Assembly (NCBI GenBank): GCA_965225945.1
Contig: CBDDBZ010000018.1
Coordinates: 23,207-87,206, forward strand
Length of the DNA stretch: 64,000 bases
Direction: 5' to 3'
DNA from: Alphaproteobacteria bacterium
GTDB taxonomy: Bacteria > Pseudomonadota > Alphaproteobacteria > GCA-2731375
The position numbers were made by a program, and so were the translations under genes. Shown piece after piece: positions 30,284 through 40,520 of this stretch. The stretch's first letter is position 1. Each line of letters begins with the position of its first letter. Under the pieces are notes generated by a model, which worked only from the letters and a program-made list of their open reading frames with translations, searched no databases and was not told where the DNA came from.

Positions 30284-32467
30284 CTATTCCGCCACCGGGC
30301 GGGCGGCTTCGCTCTCGCCGGTCAGGCTCCGCATCGCGTTCTCGATGATCTTGTGGCCGACCTCGGCCTCCATCGAGAGGATCGATTCGGGGTGGAACTG
30401 CACGGCGGCGAGCGGCAGCTCGCGGTGGCGAAGCGCCATCACCAGCCCGGTCTCGTTGCGCGCGATCACCCGCAGGGCTTCCGGCAGCTCCGAGACCACC
30501 GCGACCAGGGAATGATAGGCGCCGAAGCGGCTGGGCGAGGCGACGCCGTCGAACAACGGATCGCCCTCGTGCAGGATTTCCCAGATCTTGCCATGGCGTG
30601 GCACCTCCAGCACCTCGAGGCCGCCGCCGAAGGCCTCGACCATTCCCTGGAGGCCGAGGCAGACGCCGAATTGCGGCACGCCGGCCTCGACCAACTCGCG
30701 CACCCGGGCGGGCACGCCGAAGTCGGCCGGCCGGCCGGGCCCCGGTGAATGCACCACCAAGTCGGGCCGGGCCGCCAGCAGGCGGTCGAGCGCCACGCCC
30801 GCGCGGTAGGTCGTGACCTCCGCCCCGGTCTGGCGGAAATAGTCGGCGAGCGTGTGGACGAAGGAATCCTCGTTGTCGATCATCACCACCCGGCGGCCGG
30901 CGAAGGCACGGGGCCGCGGGGGCAGGGCCGGGGCTTCGTTGGCGCCAGAGAGCCGCTCGAGTGCGCTGAAGAAGGCGGTGCACTTGATCCGGCATTCGCG
31001 CTCTTCCTCGGCGGGGATCGAATCGTAGACCAGCGTCGCGCCGGCCCGGTAGTCGGCCTGCCCCCCCTTCAGGTGCACGGTGCGAATGGTGATGCCGGTA
31101 TTGACGTCGCCGTTCAGCAGCAGCGCGCCCACCGCGCCCCCGTACCAGCCCCGGGCCGAGGCTTCGTGCCGCTCGATCAGGCGCACCGCCATGGTCTTCG
31201 GCGCGCCTGTCAGCGTCACCAACCACATGTGGGAGAGAAAGGCATCGAGCCCGCCGAAGCCCTCGCGAAGCCGGCCCTCGACATGGTCGACGGTGTGGAA
31301 GAGGCCGGCATAGCGCTCGATCATGCGGCGCGCCAGGAGCTTGATGGTGCCCGGCCGACAAATCCGCGACTTGTCGTTGCGGTCGACGTCGGTGCACATG
31401 GTGAGCTCGACCTCGTCCTTCTCGGAGTTGTAGAGGGCGAGGACGCGCTCGGCGTCCTCCATCGCGTTCTCGCCGCGGCGCACGGTGCCCGAGATCGGGC
31501 TCGATTCCACGCGGTCGCCCTCGACGCGGACGAACATCTCCGGGCTCGCGCCGACCAGTTGCTCGTCGCCCAACTGGATGAAGAATTCATACGGGCTCGG
31601 GTTGTCGCGCCGCATCAGGTAATAGAGCTCCGAGGGGGGGCCGTCGTAGCCGACCCGGAACTTCTCGGAGAACACGACCTCGAAGATGTCGCCCGCGTGC
31701 ATGTGGGCCCGCGCGATTTCCACCTTCTCCATATAGTCCTCGGGCGCATGGTCGGCTTCGATCTCGCCGGGCGGGCTGGCGCGGGGCCGGGCCGGCGGCG
31801 ACACCGCCTCGAAGGGCGCGCGCTCTGCGCCCACGGTGGTAGTGCCGTCGCGCGCGAATTCGAAATCGAGCCGCCGGGCCACCTCCTTTCGCCGGTCGAT
31901 CAGATGCAGCCGGTCGGGGAGATAGAGCTGGAGGTCGTTCGCGCCCTCGGGCCTCGGTTGGCTCAGCGCCAGGCGCTCGAACTGGAAGATCAGGTCGTAG
32001 CCGAAGGCGCCGTAGAGGCCGAGGAAGGGATCGCCGAAGCCGGCGAAATCCTCGATCAAGCGCCGCGCCGGGGTGAAGACGGAGGGCTGGCGGCTCCGCT
32101 CCTCCTCCGCGAAGACGTCATCGGCGAGGCAGACGTCGAGGGCGAGGAAGCGCTCGTCGCGCCGCCGCACCACGGTCTCCGGACCCTCCGTCAGCACCGG
32201 CGCCAGAATCTCCAGCAGCCGGACGCCACGTTCGTTCAAGGCCCGGAGCAAAATAGAATCGCCCTGGGCGGTCAACACCAACGGTGGGTCCTCGAAGCCG
32301 AAGTCCCAGCGGGAGTAGCGATCGGGGTCCTCGACCCCGGAGGAGAAATAGGCGCCGCGCGCGCTATCGAGGCGCCGGATCAGGTCGTCGAGTCCGCGGT
32401 CATAATCGAGCGCCGTCTCGGCGCGGCTGACGACGACGCCGGAGCGGCTGGTGAAGATCGTCTGCAT
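30284..32467 (-). CDS. trpE: Anthranilate synthase, fused TrpE(G)
   Basis: NPSPYEF, GASPEMF, PISGT, GAPK; GATase domain DSFVHTL, GVCLG, QFHPES. Confidence 0.95.
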   Translation of the reverse strand: MQTIFTSRSGVVVSRAETALDYDRGLDDLIRRLDSARGAYFSSGVEDPDRYSRWDFGFEDPPLVLTAQGDSILLRALNERGVRLLEILAPVLTEGPETVVRRRDERFLALDVCLADDVFAEEERSRQPSVFTPARRLIEDFAGFGDPFLGLYGAFGYDLIFQFERLALSQPRPEGANDLQLYLPDRLHLIDRRKEVARRLDFEFARDGTTTVGAERAPFEAVSPPARPRASPPGEIEADHAPEDYMEKVEIARAHMHAGDIFEVVFSEKFRVGYDGPPSELYYLMRRDNPSPYEFFIQLGDEQLVGASPEMFVRVEGDRVESSPISGTVRRGENAMEDAERVLALYNSEKDEVELTMCTDVDRNDKSRICRPGTIKLLARRMIERYAGLFHTVDHVEGRLREGFGGLDAFLSHMWLVTLTGAPKTMAVRLIERHEASARGWYGGAVGALLLNGDVNTGITIRTVHLKGGQADYRAGATLVYDSIPAEEERECRIKCTAFFSALERLSGANEAPALPPRPRAFAGRRVVMIDNEDSFVHTLADYFRQTGAEVTTYRAGVALDRLLAARPDLVVHSPGPGRPADFGVPARVRELVEAGVPQFGVCLGLQGMVEAFGGGLEVLEVPRHGKIWEILHEGDPLFDGVASPSRFGAYHSLVAVVSELPEALRVIARNETGLVMALRHRELPLAAVQFHPESILSMEAEVGHKIIENAMRSLTGESEAARPVAE

Positions 32468-32794
32468 GGGTTTCGTCCCTCGATGGTTCCGCTCGCGCCG
32501 ATCGGCGCCGGGAACCGCATGTCGTCAATCACGAATGTATGGATCCTCGGGGCCAACGGCCGGGCCCCGCGCCGGCGCTCAGCTGTGTCGCCAGAGAAAA
32601 TTGACGAATTCGGGCAGAAATCCGTTTCGCATTTCGACTTGACCCCATCGAAGGCGCGGCGACGCTATCACGCCGCCCCGACCCGGTCCAGCCTCGCGGG
32701 GGGACGATCTTCGCCCTTGTCCGCGGTTGGCGCCCGCGATTGTGCGGGCCGAATTGGGATCGATCCGAGGAGAGAACGAGATGAGCCGCGCGGG

Positions 32795-32977
32795 CGCGAG
32801 GAGATCGCGATTTCCCGTGAAATGACAGAAATAGGAGTGCCCAAAGAGGGCGCCGAACTCATCGCGCCCTTGGCCGAGGCCGATCCCCTGACCGGACTGA
32901 ACCCCCGGTCGGTCGACGCGGCGGCCTATGTCGAACTCTACGAAGCAGCCCTTTCCGGTACCCTCGCGCGGGGCTGA
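32795..32977 (+). pseudogene. Probable C-terminal remnant of an iron-containing alcohol dehydrogenase
   Basis: REEIAISREMTEIGV...LAEADP...NPRSVDAAAYVELYEAAL resembles the Fe-ADH C-terminus; no N-terminal part present. Confidence 0.5.
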
Positions 32978-33065
32978 GTACGCTTCAATCAGTCGGCCGC
33001 TAGAGCCGATCGCCTTACTCGGCTAATCTTTCACCCGTGATTGTCGCTGGGTCGGGGAGACGCGC

Positions 33066-34835
33066 ATGACGCACGGTGAAGTCACGCGCAGGCTGACGAC
33101 GATCGTCGCGGCGGACGTCGCCGGTTACTCGCGCCTGATGGCCGAGGATGACGAGGCGACCCTCGCGGCTCTCCGTGCACACCGTGGCGAACTCATCGAC
33201 CCCAAAATCGCGGAATATCGGGGCCGGATCGCAAACACCGCCGGCGACAGCCTACTGATCGAGTTTCCGAGCGTGGTCGAGGCGTTGCGTTGCGCCATGG
33301 ACGTGCAAGCCACCATGGCCACGCGCAATATCGACGTTCCGGGGAAACGCCGCATCGAGTTCCGTGTCGGCATCAACATCGGCGACGTCATGGAGCAGGA
33401 CGGCGACCTCTTCGGCGACGGCGTCAATATCGCGGCGCGACTGGAAGCCCTCGCGGAAGCGGGCGGCATCTGCATATCGGGCTCGGTTCATGAACATCTC
33501 GCCGGCAAGTCGGATGCCGTCTTCGTGGATGCGGGAGAACGGACGCTGAAGAACATCGCGCGGCCGGTACGGATCTGGCATTGGCGCACGGATCATGAGG
33601 CGCGAGCCGCCAAGGGCATGGACGAAGCGCCCTCGCTCCCCGACAAGCCCTCGATCGCCGTGCTGCCGTTCGTCAACATGAGCGGCGATCCGGCGCAAGA
33701 GTTCTTCGCCGACGGCATGACGGAAGACATCATCACGACCCTTTCCCGGTTCCGTTCGCTCTTCGTGATCGCCCGAAATTCGAGCTTTGCCTACAAGGGC
33801 CAGTCGCCCGATGTCCGAGAGGTCTCCCGCGACTTGGGCGTTCGCTACATCTTGGAGGGGAGCGTGCGCCGGGGCGGCCGGCGAATCCGGATAACGGCAC
33901 AGTTGATCGACGCCGAGACGGGCAACCACATTTGGGCCGAACGATACGACCGGGGGCTGGACGACGTGTTCGCGGTTCAAGATGACGTCACCGAGGCGAT
34001 CGTCGGTGCGATCGCGCCGCAAATCGGTGACGTGGAACGTCGGCGCGCCGAACGCAAGCCGCCGGAAAGCCTCGATGCCTGGGATTTCTATCAGCGGGGT
34101 CTCGCGGACTTCCATTCCTCGAGCGCGCAAGGATACAGATCCGCGATCGAACAATTCGACAGGGTGAACGCGCTGGACCCGAGCTTCGCGCCGGCCTTTG
34201 CCATGGCGGCCTTCGCGCGCACCCAGTATATCGCGCATTTCGAAGCGGATGATCGTGAAGAGATGGTGGCCCAGGCGCGAGAAAAGGCGCGCCGGGGAAC
34301 GGCGCTGGACTCACAGGATTCGACCTGCCTTTGGTCCGACGCACGGGTGCATGCCATGCTCGGCCACCACGACATTGCCCTATCGAAGGCGGAGGAAGCG
34401 GTCGCGCTCAATCCCAATGACGCCATGTCGCGTCATTCGCTCGGCTCGGTGTTGTGTTCCGCCGGCAAGGCCGGGGACGCGCTTGCGCAATTCGACCATG
34501 CGATGCGGCTCTCTCCGCGCGACATTTGGCTCACCGGCATGCTGACCTATCGGGCCTTCGTGCTGTTTCATCTCGAGCGATACGGGGACGCGTTCGAAGA
34601 AGTACGACGGGCTAGTCTCAGGCCGAATCCGCGAGTGATGACGTTTGCCCTCTTGGCCGCCGCGGCGGGTGTGCTCGGCCGAGGGGAAGAGGCTCGGGGG
34701 GCCGTCGACGATCTTTTGGCGCATGCGCCGGCGACAACCTGCGCCAAGTTTCGAGGACACCCCTATTTCGGGAGCCCGGAGGTCATGGAACGTTTCGTCG
34801 AGGCCCTGCGCGCGTCGGGGCTGCCGGAGGAATGA
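33066..34835 (+). CDS. Class III adenylate/guanylate cyclase + TolB-like + TPR protein
   Basis: ADVAGYS, AGDS, FGDGVNIAARLE, KPSIAVLPFVNMS, TPRs. Confidence 0.92.
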   Translation: MTHGEVTRRLTTIVAADVAGYSRLMAEDDEATLAALRAHRGELIDPKIAEYRGRIANTAGDSLLIEFPSVVEALRCAMDVQATMATRNIDVPGKRRIEFRVGINIGDVMEQDGDLFGDGVNIAARLEALAEAGGICISGSVHEHLAGKSDAVFVDAGERTLKNIARPVRIWHWRTDHEARAAKGMDEAPSLPDKPSIAVLPFVNMSGDPAQEFFADGMTEDIITTLSRFRSLFVIARNSSFAYKGQSPDVREVSRDLGVRYILEGSVRRGGRRIRITAQLIDAETGNHIWAERYDRGLDDVFAVQDDVTEAIVGAIAPQIGDVERRRAERKPPESLDAWDFYQRGLADFHSSSAQGYRSAIEQFDRVNALDPSFAPAFAMAAFARTQYIAHFEADDREEMVAQAREKARRGTALDSQDSTCLWSDARVHAMLGHHDIALSKAEEAVALNPNDAMSRHSLGSVLCSAGKAGDALAQFDHAMRLSPRDIWLTGMLTYRAFVLFHLERYGDAFEEVRRASLRPNPRVMTFALLAAAAGVLGRGEEARGAVDDLLAHAPATTCAKFRGHPYFGSPEVMERFVEALRASGLPEE

Positions 34836-34916
34836 GGCAATCGGTTCCCTATGAAGAAGTAATCCGAGCGAAGCGAGGGGCTTCTTGACCGGGGGACGAA
34901 CGCGGGAGGGGTGCTC

Positions 34917-35696
34917 ATGATCGCCACCGAGGTCAAATCGGTATCCTTGCTGCCGCTCGGCATGCTGAGGCTGGATCAATCGATCCTGACCTACCGGCGG
35001 TTTCCGGGCCGGAAGGTGGATTGCCCGGTGATCGCGGCCTTCATCGAAATGTCCGACGGCGAACACATCCTGTTCGATACCGGCCTGCCGCCGGCGTTGC
35101 TGGAGGACGGTGATTTCCTGCCGGCGTATCAGGCCGGCATCGTTTGCAGCTACACGGCGGAGGACGATATCCGGAACCGGCTCCAGGCCGTCGGTGCCAC
35201 GCCCGAGGACGTGAAGATCGTCATCAACAGTCATTTCCACTGGGACCACTCGGGCGCCAATTACCTCTTTCCCCACGCCCGCTTCCTGGTGCAGGAGAAG
35301 GAATACCGCTTCGCCCGCCAGCCGGACGGCTTCGTCGAGCGCGCCTATACGCCGAAGCTCTTCGACCTCGGCGCCGAGACCCGGCTGCTGGCGGGAGACG
35401 AAATCGTCAAGCCGGGCATCGCCGCGATCACCACGCCCGGCCATACGCCAGGGCATCAGTCCCTGCTGATCATGCTGCCGTCCGAGCGGGCGATTATCTT
35501 GATGGGCGACGCCATGATGTGCCCGGCCAATCTCGACCCGGCGATTCCGCCCGGCAACACGCATACGCCGGAACACGCCATCGCCTCGATCCAGCGGCTG
35601 AAGGTGCTGGCGGAGTTCCACGCCGGTGATCTGGTGATCTGCCATGACCCGGAGCTTTGGGACAAGTGGAAGCCGGCCCCCCATGCCTACGTCTGA
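34917..35696 (+). CDS. Metallo-beta-lactamase fold, N-acyl-homoserine lactonase family
   Basis: LFDTG, SHFHWDHSG, TPGHTPGHQS, GDA, CHD. Confidence 0.85.
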   Translation: MIATEVKSVSLLPLGMLRLDQSILTYRRFPGRKVDCPVIAAFIEMSDGEHILFDTGLPPALLEDGDFLPAYQAGIVCSYTAEDDIRNRLQAVGATPEDVKIVINSHFHWDHSGANYLFPHARFLVQEKEYRFARQPDGFVERAYTPKLFDLGAETRLLAGDEIVKPGIAAITTPGHTPGHQSLLIMLPSERAIILMGDAMMCPANLDPAIPPGNTHTPEHAIASIQRLKVLAEFHAGDLVICHDPELWDKWKPAPHAYV

Positions 35697-35765
35697 TCGA
35701 GGCATGAAACATGTCGTTCCGGCAACGGTGATCGCGCCCGGCCGCCCCGTCGAGCCGCCGACGGT

Positions 35766-36656
35766 TCAGTGCATTCGGCCCCATCGATTCTCGGGGTCCA
35801 GCTCGAAGCCGAGGAACCTGTCATAGAGCGCCGTCTTGCGATACATCGTCTCGACGCCGATCCCCGAGCGGCGGTGTTCCGGGCGTCGTTCCAGGAGACC
35901 GAACCAAACGAGGTATTCGAGCACCCGTCTGGCGAAGACGAACCCTGGCAGACTCGGCGGCGTCGACAGGACCGCCCGCGTCGGGATCGAGGTCTTGCGC
36001 ATCAGTTCGTCCGCCGTTGCCCATTCGCCGGCGGCCTCGGAGAGGAGAAACAGGACCAGACCGATCTGCTCTTGCGGCCACTCTTCGATCACGATGAAAT
36101 CGAGATATCCGGTGTTGTAGACGTCGAAGTTGGTGGTGAACAGCCGGTGCATCAGTTCCCCGGCGGCGGCGTCGGCCAGCAGGTCGCGGCCGCGACGGCT
36201 CGGCTTCATGTGGCCCTTCCGCCTCCGGGTCAGGCCCGCCTCCCCCATCAGCACGCGGAGATAATGCAGCACCGTGAAGTCGGTCTCGTTGACGACCTTG
36301 TTCATGTAGAGAACGTCTTCTTTCGGATATCCCGGCCAATCGAAGCGATCCAACATTTCCGCGACGAAGCGCCGGGACAGGTTGCCCGTCGCGGTCAGCT
36401 TGGCGCCGTCGCCTTGCGAGAGGGCTTCGAGAAGGATCCGGGCGTGGGTCACCACGGGGATGCCCGCGAGCTCCGCCAGGCGCAACCTCGACGACACCCG
36501 CGTGGGACCGCCCTCGAGCCTCGACGCGGCGAGGAAACTCATGACGCGCCGGCCGCTCATCGCGGCCCAGAGCGGGGCCGGAGGATCGGGCCAGAGCAGG
36601 AGGCTGAAATCGAACTCTGGTCTATTTTCCACCATCGCTCCCGACACGCCCTTCAT
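35766..36656 (-). CDS. Hypothetical protein
   Basis: 296-aa ORF with ordinary composition (KLTATGNLSRRFV, WFGLLE); no family recognised with certainty. Confidence 0.7.
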   Translation of the reverse strand: MKGVSGAMVENRPEFDFSLLLWPDPPAPLWAAMSGRRVMSFLAASRLEGGPTRVSSRLRLAELAGIPVVTHARILLEALSQGDGAKLTATGNLSRRFVAEMLDRFDWPGYPKEDVLYMNKVVNETDFTVLHYLRVLMGEAGLTRRRKGHMKPSRRGRDLLADAAAGELMHRLFTTNFDVYNTGYLDFIVIEEWPQEQIGLVLFLLSEAAGEWATADELMRKTSIPTRAVLSTPPSLPGFVFARRVLEYLVWFGLLERRPEHRRSGIGVETMYRKTALYDRFLGFELDPENRWGRMH

Positions 36657-37205
36657 CCCATGGTCATCACTTTGCCCGGGTCCAAGGGGCTGTCAAGGGT
36701 GCCCGGATGGGGCCGGTCCAACGGTCTTCGAGCCTCGCGCGCCCTGGACACGGGCGACCCCACCCAGGCCGAGACAACTGGCCAACGGTACCCCGATCAG
36801 GGGGCGCCGACCCTGGTGCTGGACCGGAGACCGGACGATTTCGACCTTTCGGTGCGAATTTGGAACGACGAGCGCAAGGTCCTGCACGGCTGGGTCGGGC
36901 CGAAGGCGATGGTCGGCGAGACCCACGTCGTGGCCGATCTGCCTCGATCCGGCGCCGATTAACCGAAGGTGCGCGACGTGGCGGAAGCGGCTTGGCTAGA
37001 TCCATGCGCGCCACGGGGCGACATCGCACCGTAGGTCACGAAATTTTATGTCGGGAACGATCGCGACGGAGGCCTTCCGTTGCCCCGCGCCGGGTTCGGC
37101 GCAACGATGCTGCGAATTTTCCAACCCCTTGATTCGTCAATTGAATATTTACCACCTCGGGCCAGATTATGGAAAGAAGCGGCCACGACCAAGGAGTCAT
37201 TCGCC

Positions 37206-38279
37206 ATGTCGGTCTTTTCCGCTCCGAGTTTCCGCGAGCATGAACAAGTGGTCTTCCGCGCCGACGCCGAAGTGGGCCTCAAGGCCATCATCGCCATTCA
37301 CGACACCACGCTCGGGCCCGCCCTCGGCGGCTTGCGGATGTGGGACTACGCGGACGATGCGGCGGCATTGGAGGATGCGCTCAGGCTCTCGCGCGGCATG
37401 ACCTACAAGGCGGCGATGGCGGGCCTGCCTTATGGCGGCGGCAAGGCGGTCATCATCGGCGATTCCCGCCGTGACAAGTCCGAGGCCCTGCTGGCACGCT
37501 TCGGCGATTTCGTCGACGCGCTCGCCGGGCGCTACATCACGGCGGAAGACGTCGGCATCTCGACGGCCGACCTGGCGGTGATCCGCCGCCGCACGCGCCA
37601 TGCCGCCGGCTACGCGGACGGCGGCAGCGGCGATCCCTCGCCGGTCACCGCCTGGGGCGTCTTCCACGGCATTCGCGCAGGCCTCGCCCATCGCCTGGGC
37701 AGCGACGACCTCGCCGACAGAATCGTCAGCGTCCAGGGCCTGGGTCACGTGGGCCAATACCTGGTCCGCTTCCTCGCCGAAGCGGGCGCCAAGATCGTCG
37801 TCGCCGATATCGACGAAGCGCGGGTCGCCGACATGGTCGCGAACCATGGCGTCACGGCGGTGGCGCCGGAGGCGATTTACGATGTCCACGCCGACGTCTT
37901 CGCGCCCTGTGCCTTGGGCGCGGTCCTGAACGACGAGACCATCGCGCGCCTCGACGTGCGCATCGTCGCCGGTGCCGCCAACAACCAGTTGGCCCGCGAC
38001 GAGCACGGCGAGGTGCTTCGCGCGCGCGGCATTCTTTATGCCCCCGACTACGTGATCAACGCCGGCGGCATCATCAACATCAACTACGAGGGTCCGAACT
38101 ACGACGCCGAGGCCGCCTTCGCCCATGCCGCCAGAATCGGCGAGACCGCGACCGAGGTGTTTCGTGCCGCCCAACGGGCGGACGCAGCGACCAATCTGGT
38201 CGCCGACGGCCTCGCCGAGGCCAAGATCGCCGCCGCCCGCGGCCGGGCGCGCGAGAAGAAGCTGCGTCTCGTCAGTTGA
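37206..38279 (+). CDS. Glu/Leu/Phe/Val dehydrogenase (leucine dehydrogenase-like)
   Basis: AAGGAG RBS; GPALGGLR, GMTYK, GGGKAV, ITAEDVG, QGLGHVG, GAANNQL, PDYVINAGG. Confidence 0.94.
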   Translation: MSVFSAPSFREHEQVVFRADAEVGLKAIIAIHDTTLGPALGGLRMWDYADDAAALEDALRLSRGMTYKAAMAGLPYGGGKAVIIGDSRRDKSEALLARFGDFVDALAGRYITAEDVGISTADLAVIRRRTRHAAGYADGGSGDPSPVTAWGVFHGIRAGLAHRLGSDDLADRIVSVQGLGHVGQYLVRFLAEAGAKIVVADIDEARVADMVANHGVTAVAPEAIYDVHADVFAPCALGAVLNDETIARLDVRIVAGAANNQLARDEHGEVLRARGILYAPDYVINAGGIININYEGPNYDAEAAFAHAARIGETATEVFRAAQRADAATNLVADGLAEAKIAAARGRAREKKLRLVS

Positions 38280-38282
38280 ACG

Positions 38283-38756
38283 CTAGAGCAACCCGAGTTC
38301 GCGGAGTTCGGCCGCGAGCTCGGGCGGCAGGTCGTCCGCCGTGCCGCCGGCGCGCAGGTCGCGGGGCGTGTCTTTCGGATCGAGATAGCGCCAGCCCTGA
38401 TGCGGTCGGCGGGCCTGCAGCTCGGTGCGAATCAGCTCCGGCGCCAGGACCAGGGCGCAGCGTTTGGTCTCCACCGGCGGGTCCAGCAGGTCGATCCGGA
38501 TGATTTTCTGACGGACCCGGACATAGCCCTTGATGATCCAATAGAGCGAGCCCCCGGCGACGACCTCGCCGGCGCGGCGTGGCGGGTTGCGGGTGCGGTG
38601 ATAGTGCTCCGCCGGCCCGCCGCGCCGCCGCCTCGCCGCCAGCCGCCGTTCCTGGAAGCCGGCCAGTTGGTCGACGCTGTCGACGCCGACGCAGAGCTTC
38701 AGCAGATTTACGTGGGAGGCGGCACTTCCACCGATGCGTGCCAGATCCGAAATCAT
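38283..38756 (-). CDS. DUF1489 family protein
   Basis: LLKLCVG, HRTRNPPRR, GGSLYWIIKG, QGWRYL, LRELGLL. Confidence 0.87.
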   Translation of the reverse strand: MISDLARIGGSAASHVNLLKLCVGVDSVDQLAGFQERRLAARRRRGGPAEHYHRTRNPPRRAGEVVAGGSLYWIIKGYVRVRQKIIRIDLLDPPVETKRCALVLAPELIRTELQARRPHQGWRYLDPKDTPRDLRAGGTADDLPPELAAELRELGLL

Positions 38757-38778
38757 ACGCTTCGCCCGCCGCCCCGGC

Positions 38779-39156
38779 TCAGCCGCTCTCGGTCTCCAGG
38801 CCGGCGGCGAGCCAGTCGTCGAAGGCGCCGAGATTGAGCGCCGTCGCGTAGCCCAGGTCGAGCAGGAACTTAGCCCCCAGCGCCGAGCGCGCGCCGACGG
38901 CGCAGTAGAGGATGATCGTCCGATCCTTGCGAAAGGCCGGATCGTATTCGCCGCTCTCCGGGTCGGCGCGGGCCATGAGCTCCCCCAGCGGCACGGCGAG
39001 CGCGCCCTGGGCCTTGCCGGTCAGGGCGATCTCGTGCGCCTCGCGCACGTCGACCAGCAGCGCGTCCTCGCCGGCCATGCGCGCCCGTGCCTCGTCCGGC
39101 CGGACGCGCGGCACGACGGCCATCGCGTCGCGCATCAAATCCTGAACACTCGCCAC
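38779..39156 (-). CDS. Rhodanese-like domain protein
   Basis: LVDVRE, ILYCAVGARSAL, FDDWLAAG; GGAG RBS before GTG. Confidence 0.87.
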   Translation of the reverse strand: MASVQDLMRDAMAVVPRVRPDEARARMAGEDALLVDVREAHEIALTGKAQGALAVPLGELMARADPESGEYDPAFRKDRTIILYCAVGARSALGAKFLLDLGYATALNLGAFDDWLAAGLETESG

Positions 39157-39336
39157 CTTGACACTCCTCTCCAAACGGCTCCCGAGACCGATCATACCGC
39201 CCGCCGGCATCCGCATCGAGCCGCCCCGGGAAAATCGAAGCCTCGTTCGATGGCATTGACATTCGCCCTCGTTCCGCTAGCAAGGAGCCGGCGGGCCGAG
39301 GCGTCCCGGCGGCGGCCGAGACCAGGGGAGAGGGCT

Positions 39337-40122
39337 ATGAACCAGGCATCGACGTATCTCGAGCGGCACGGCGAGATCGGCGTGGTCGTTCTCAACCGAC
39401 CCGCCAAGCTGAACGCGCTCGACCAGGAGGTCTGGTCCGGCATCGCGCGCCACGCGAGGGAAGTGGCCAGTGACCCCGAGCTCAAGGTGATGATCCTGCG
39501 CGGCGTCGACGAACGCGCCTTCTCCGCCGGCGCCGACATCGCCGAATTTCCCAAGGTGCACGCGACGGCGGCGACCCGCAAGGCCTACAACGACACCATC
39601 CACGAGGCTTACGAGGCCGTCGCGACGATGGAGAAGCCGACGATCGCGCTGGTGCGCGGCATCTGCTTCGGCGGCGGCTGCGCGCTCGCGCTCTGCTGCG
39701 ACCTGCGCTACGCGGATACCACGTCGCGCTTCTGCATCCCTCCGGCCAAGCTCGGCATCGCCTATTCCTTCGAGGAGACCAAGCGCCTGCACGACCTGGT
39801 CGGCCCGGCCAAGACCAAGGAGATGCTCTTGGGCGCCAAGGTGATCCACGCGGAGGAGGCGCTCGCCGTCGGCCTCGCCACCCGCATCTTCGGGCCGCAA
39901 GAGGTGGAGGCCGAGACCTTCGCCTTCGCCGAGCAGCTCTGCCGGCTCTCGCAATTCTCGATCCGCACCATCAACGAGGTGGTGAAGTCGATCACCGCCG
40001 GCGCCGACGAGTCCACGGCCGAGCTGAACGCCATGATCATGAGCGGCTTCGAGGGCGAGGATTACTACGAAGGCCGAGACGCCTTCCTGACCAAGCGCAA
40101 GGCCGACTTCACCTACCGCTGA
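39337..40122 (+). CDS. Enoyl-CoA hydratase/isomerase family protein
   Basis: LNRPAKLNAL, AFSAGADI, CFGGGCALA, PPAKLG, EGRDAF. Confidence 0.92.
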   Translation: MNQASTYLERHGEIGVVVLNRPAKLNALDQEVWSGIARHAREVASDPELKVMILRGVDERAFSAGADIAEFPKVHATAATRKAYNDTIHEAYEAVATMEKPTIALVRGICFGGGCALALCCDLRYADTTSRFCIPPAKLGIAYSFEETKRLHDLVGPAKTKEMLLGAKVIHAEEALAVGLATRIFGPQEVEAETFAFAEQLCRLSQFSIRTINEVVKSITAGADESTAELNAMIMSGFEGEDYYEGRDAFLTKRKADFTYR

Positions 40123-40148
40123 GGGTCACCTCGCCGTCGCCACCTCCC

Positions 40149-40178
40149 CGTCATCGCGAGCGAAGCGGGGCGATGACG
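40149..40178. repeat. REP-like palindrome
   Basis: CGTCATCGC...GCGATGACG 9-bp stem downstream of the hydratase gene. Confidence 0.45.
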
Positions 40179-40229
40179 TCGGCGCGGAACTCGGGGCGGG
40201 CTCCACACCTAGACGCATGAGAAGTCGCC

Positions 40230-40401
40230 CGACCTCTCGCGCTACCTGGTCGGTTCTACAAGGCGACATTGGGAATTTGCGCAATCGAGAGTCGGTTCTC
40301 GTATTTAGCAGCGACCTCTCGCGCTACCTGGTCGGTTCTACAAGGCGACATTGGGAATTTGCGCAATCGACCGGTGACGCCAGCGGAGTCGGTTCTCGTA
40401 T
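40230..40401. repeat. Direct repeats: 59 bp x2 plus 16 bp x2
   Basis: Identical 59-mers at 40230-40288 and 40312-40370; GAGTCGGTTCTCGTAT at 40289-40304 and 40386-40401. Confidence 0.9.
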
Positions 40402-40491
40402 CGCCGCAGCCGCGCCATTAGCGAATTAACATTTGGCAATTAAATAAAACCACCAAAAATTCGGACGAAATTCGATCGCGAGCATTCGATG

Positions 40492-40520
40492 TTGACGTTT
40501 TTGTTTCAGATACCTATAAA
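40492..40520 (+). promoter_or_regulatory. Sigma-70-like promoter upstream of the Xre/RES module
   Basis: TTGACG-N17-TATAAA in an AT-rich stretch. Confidence 0.5.

Noticed and set aside
32468-32700. trpL leader peptide / attenuator upstream of trpE(G)
   Set aside because: No tandem Trp codons on the minus strand; only a hairpin near 32485-32516 without a clear U tract
40230-40401. CRISPR array
   Set aside because: Only two 59-bp copies, repeated intervening sequence, and no cas genes
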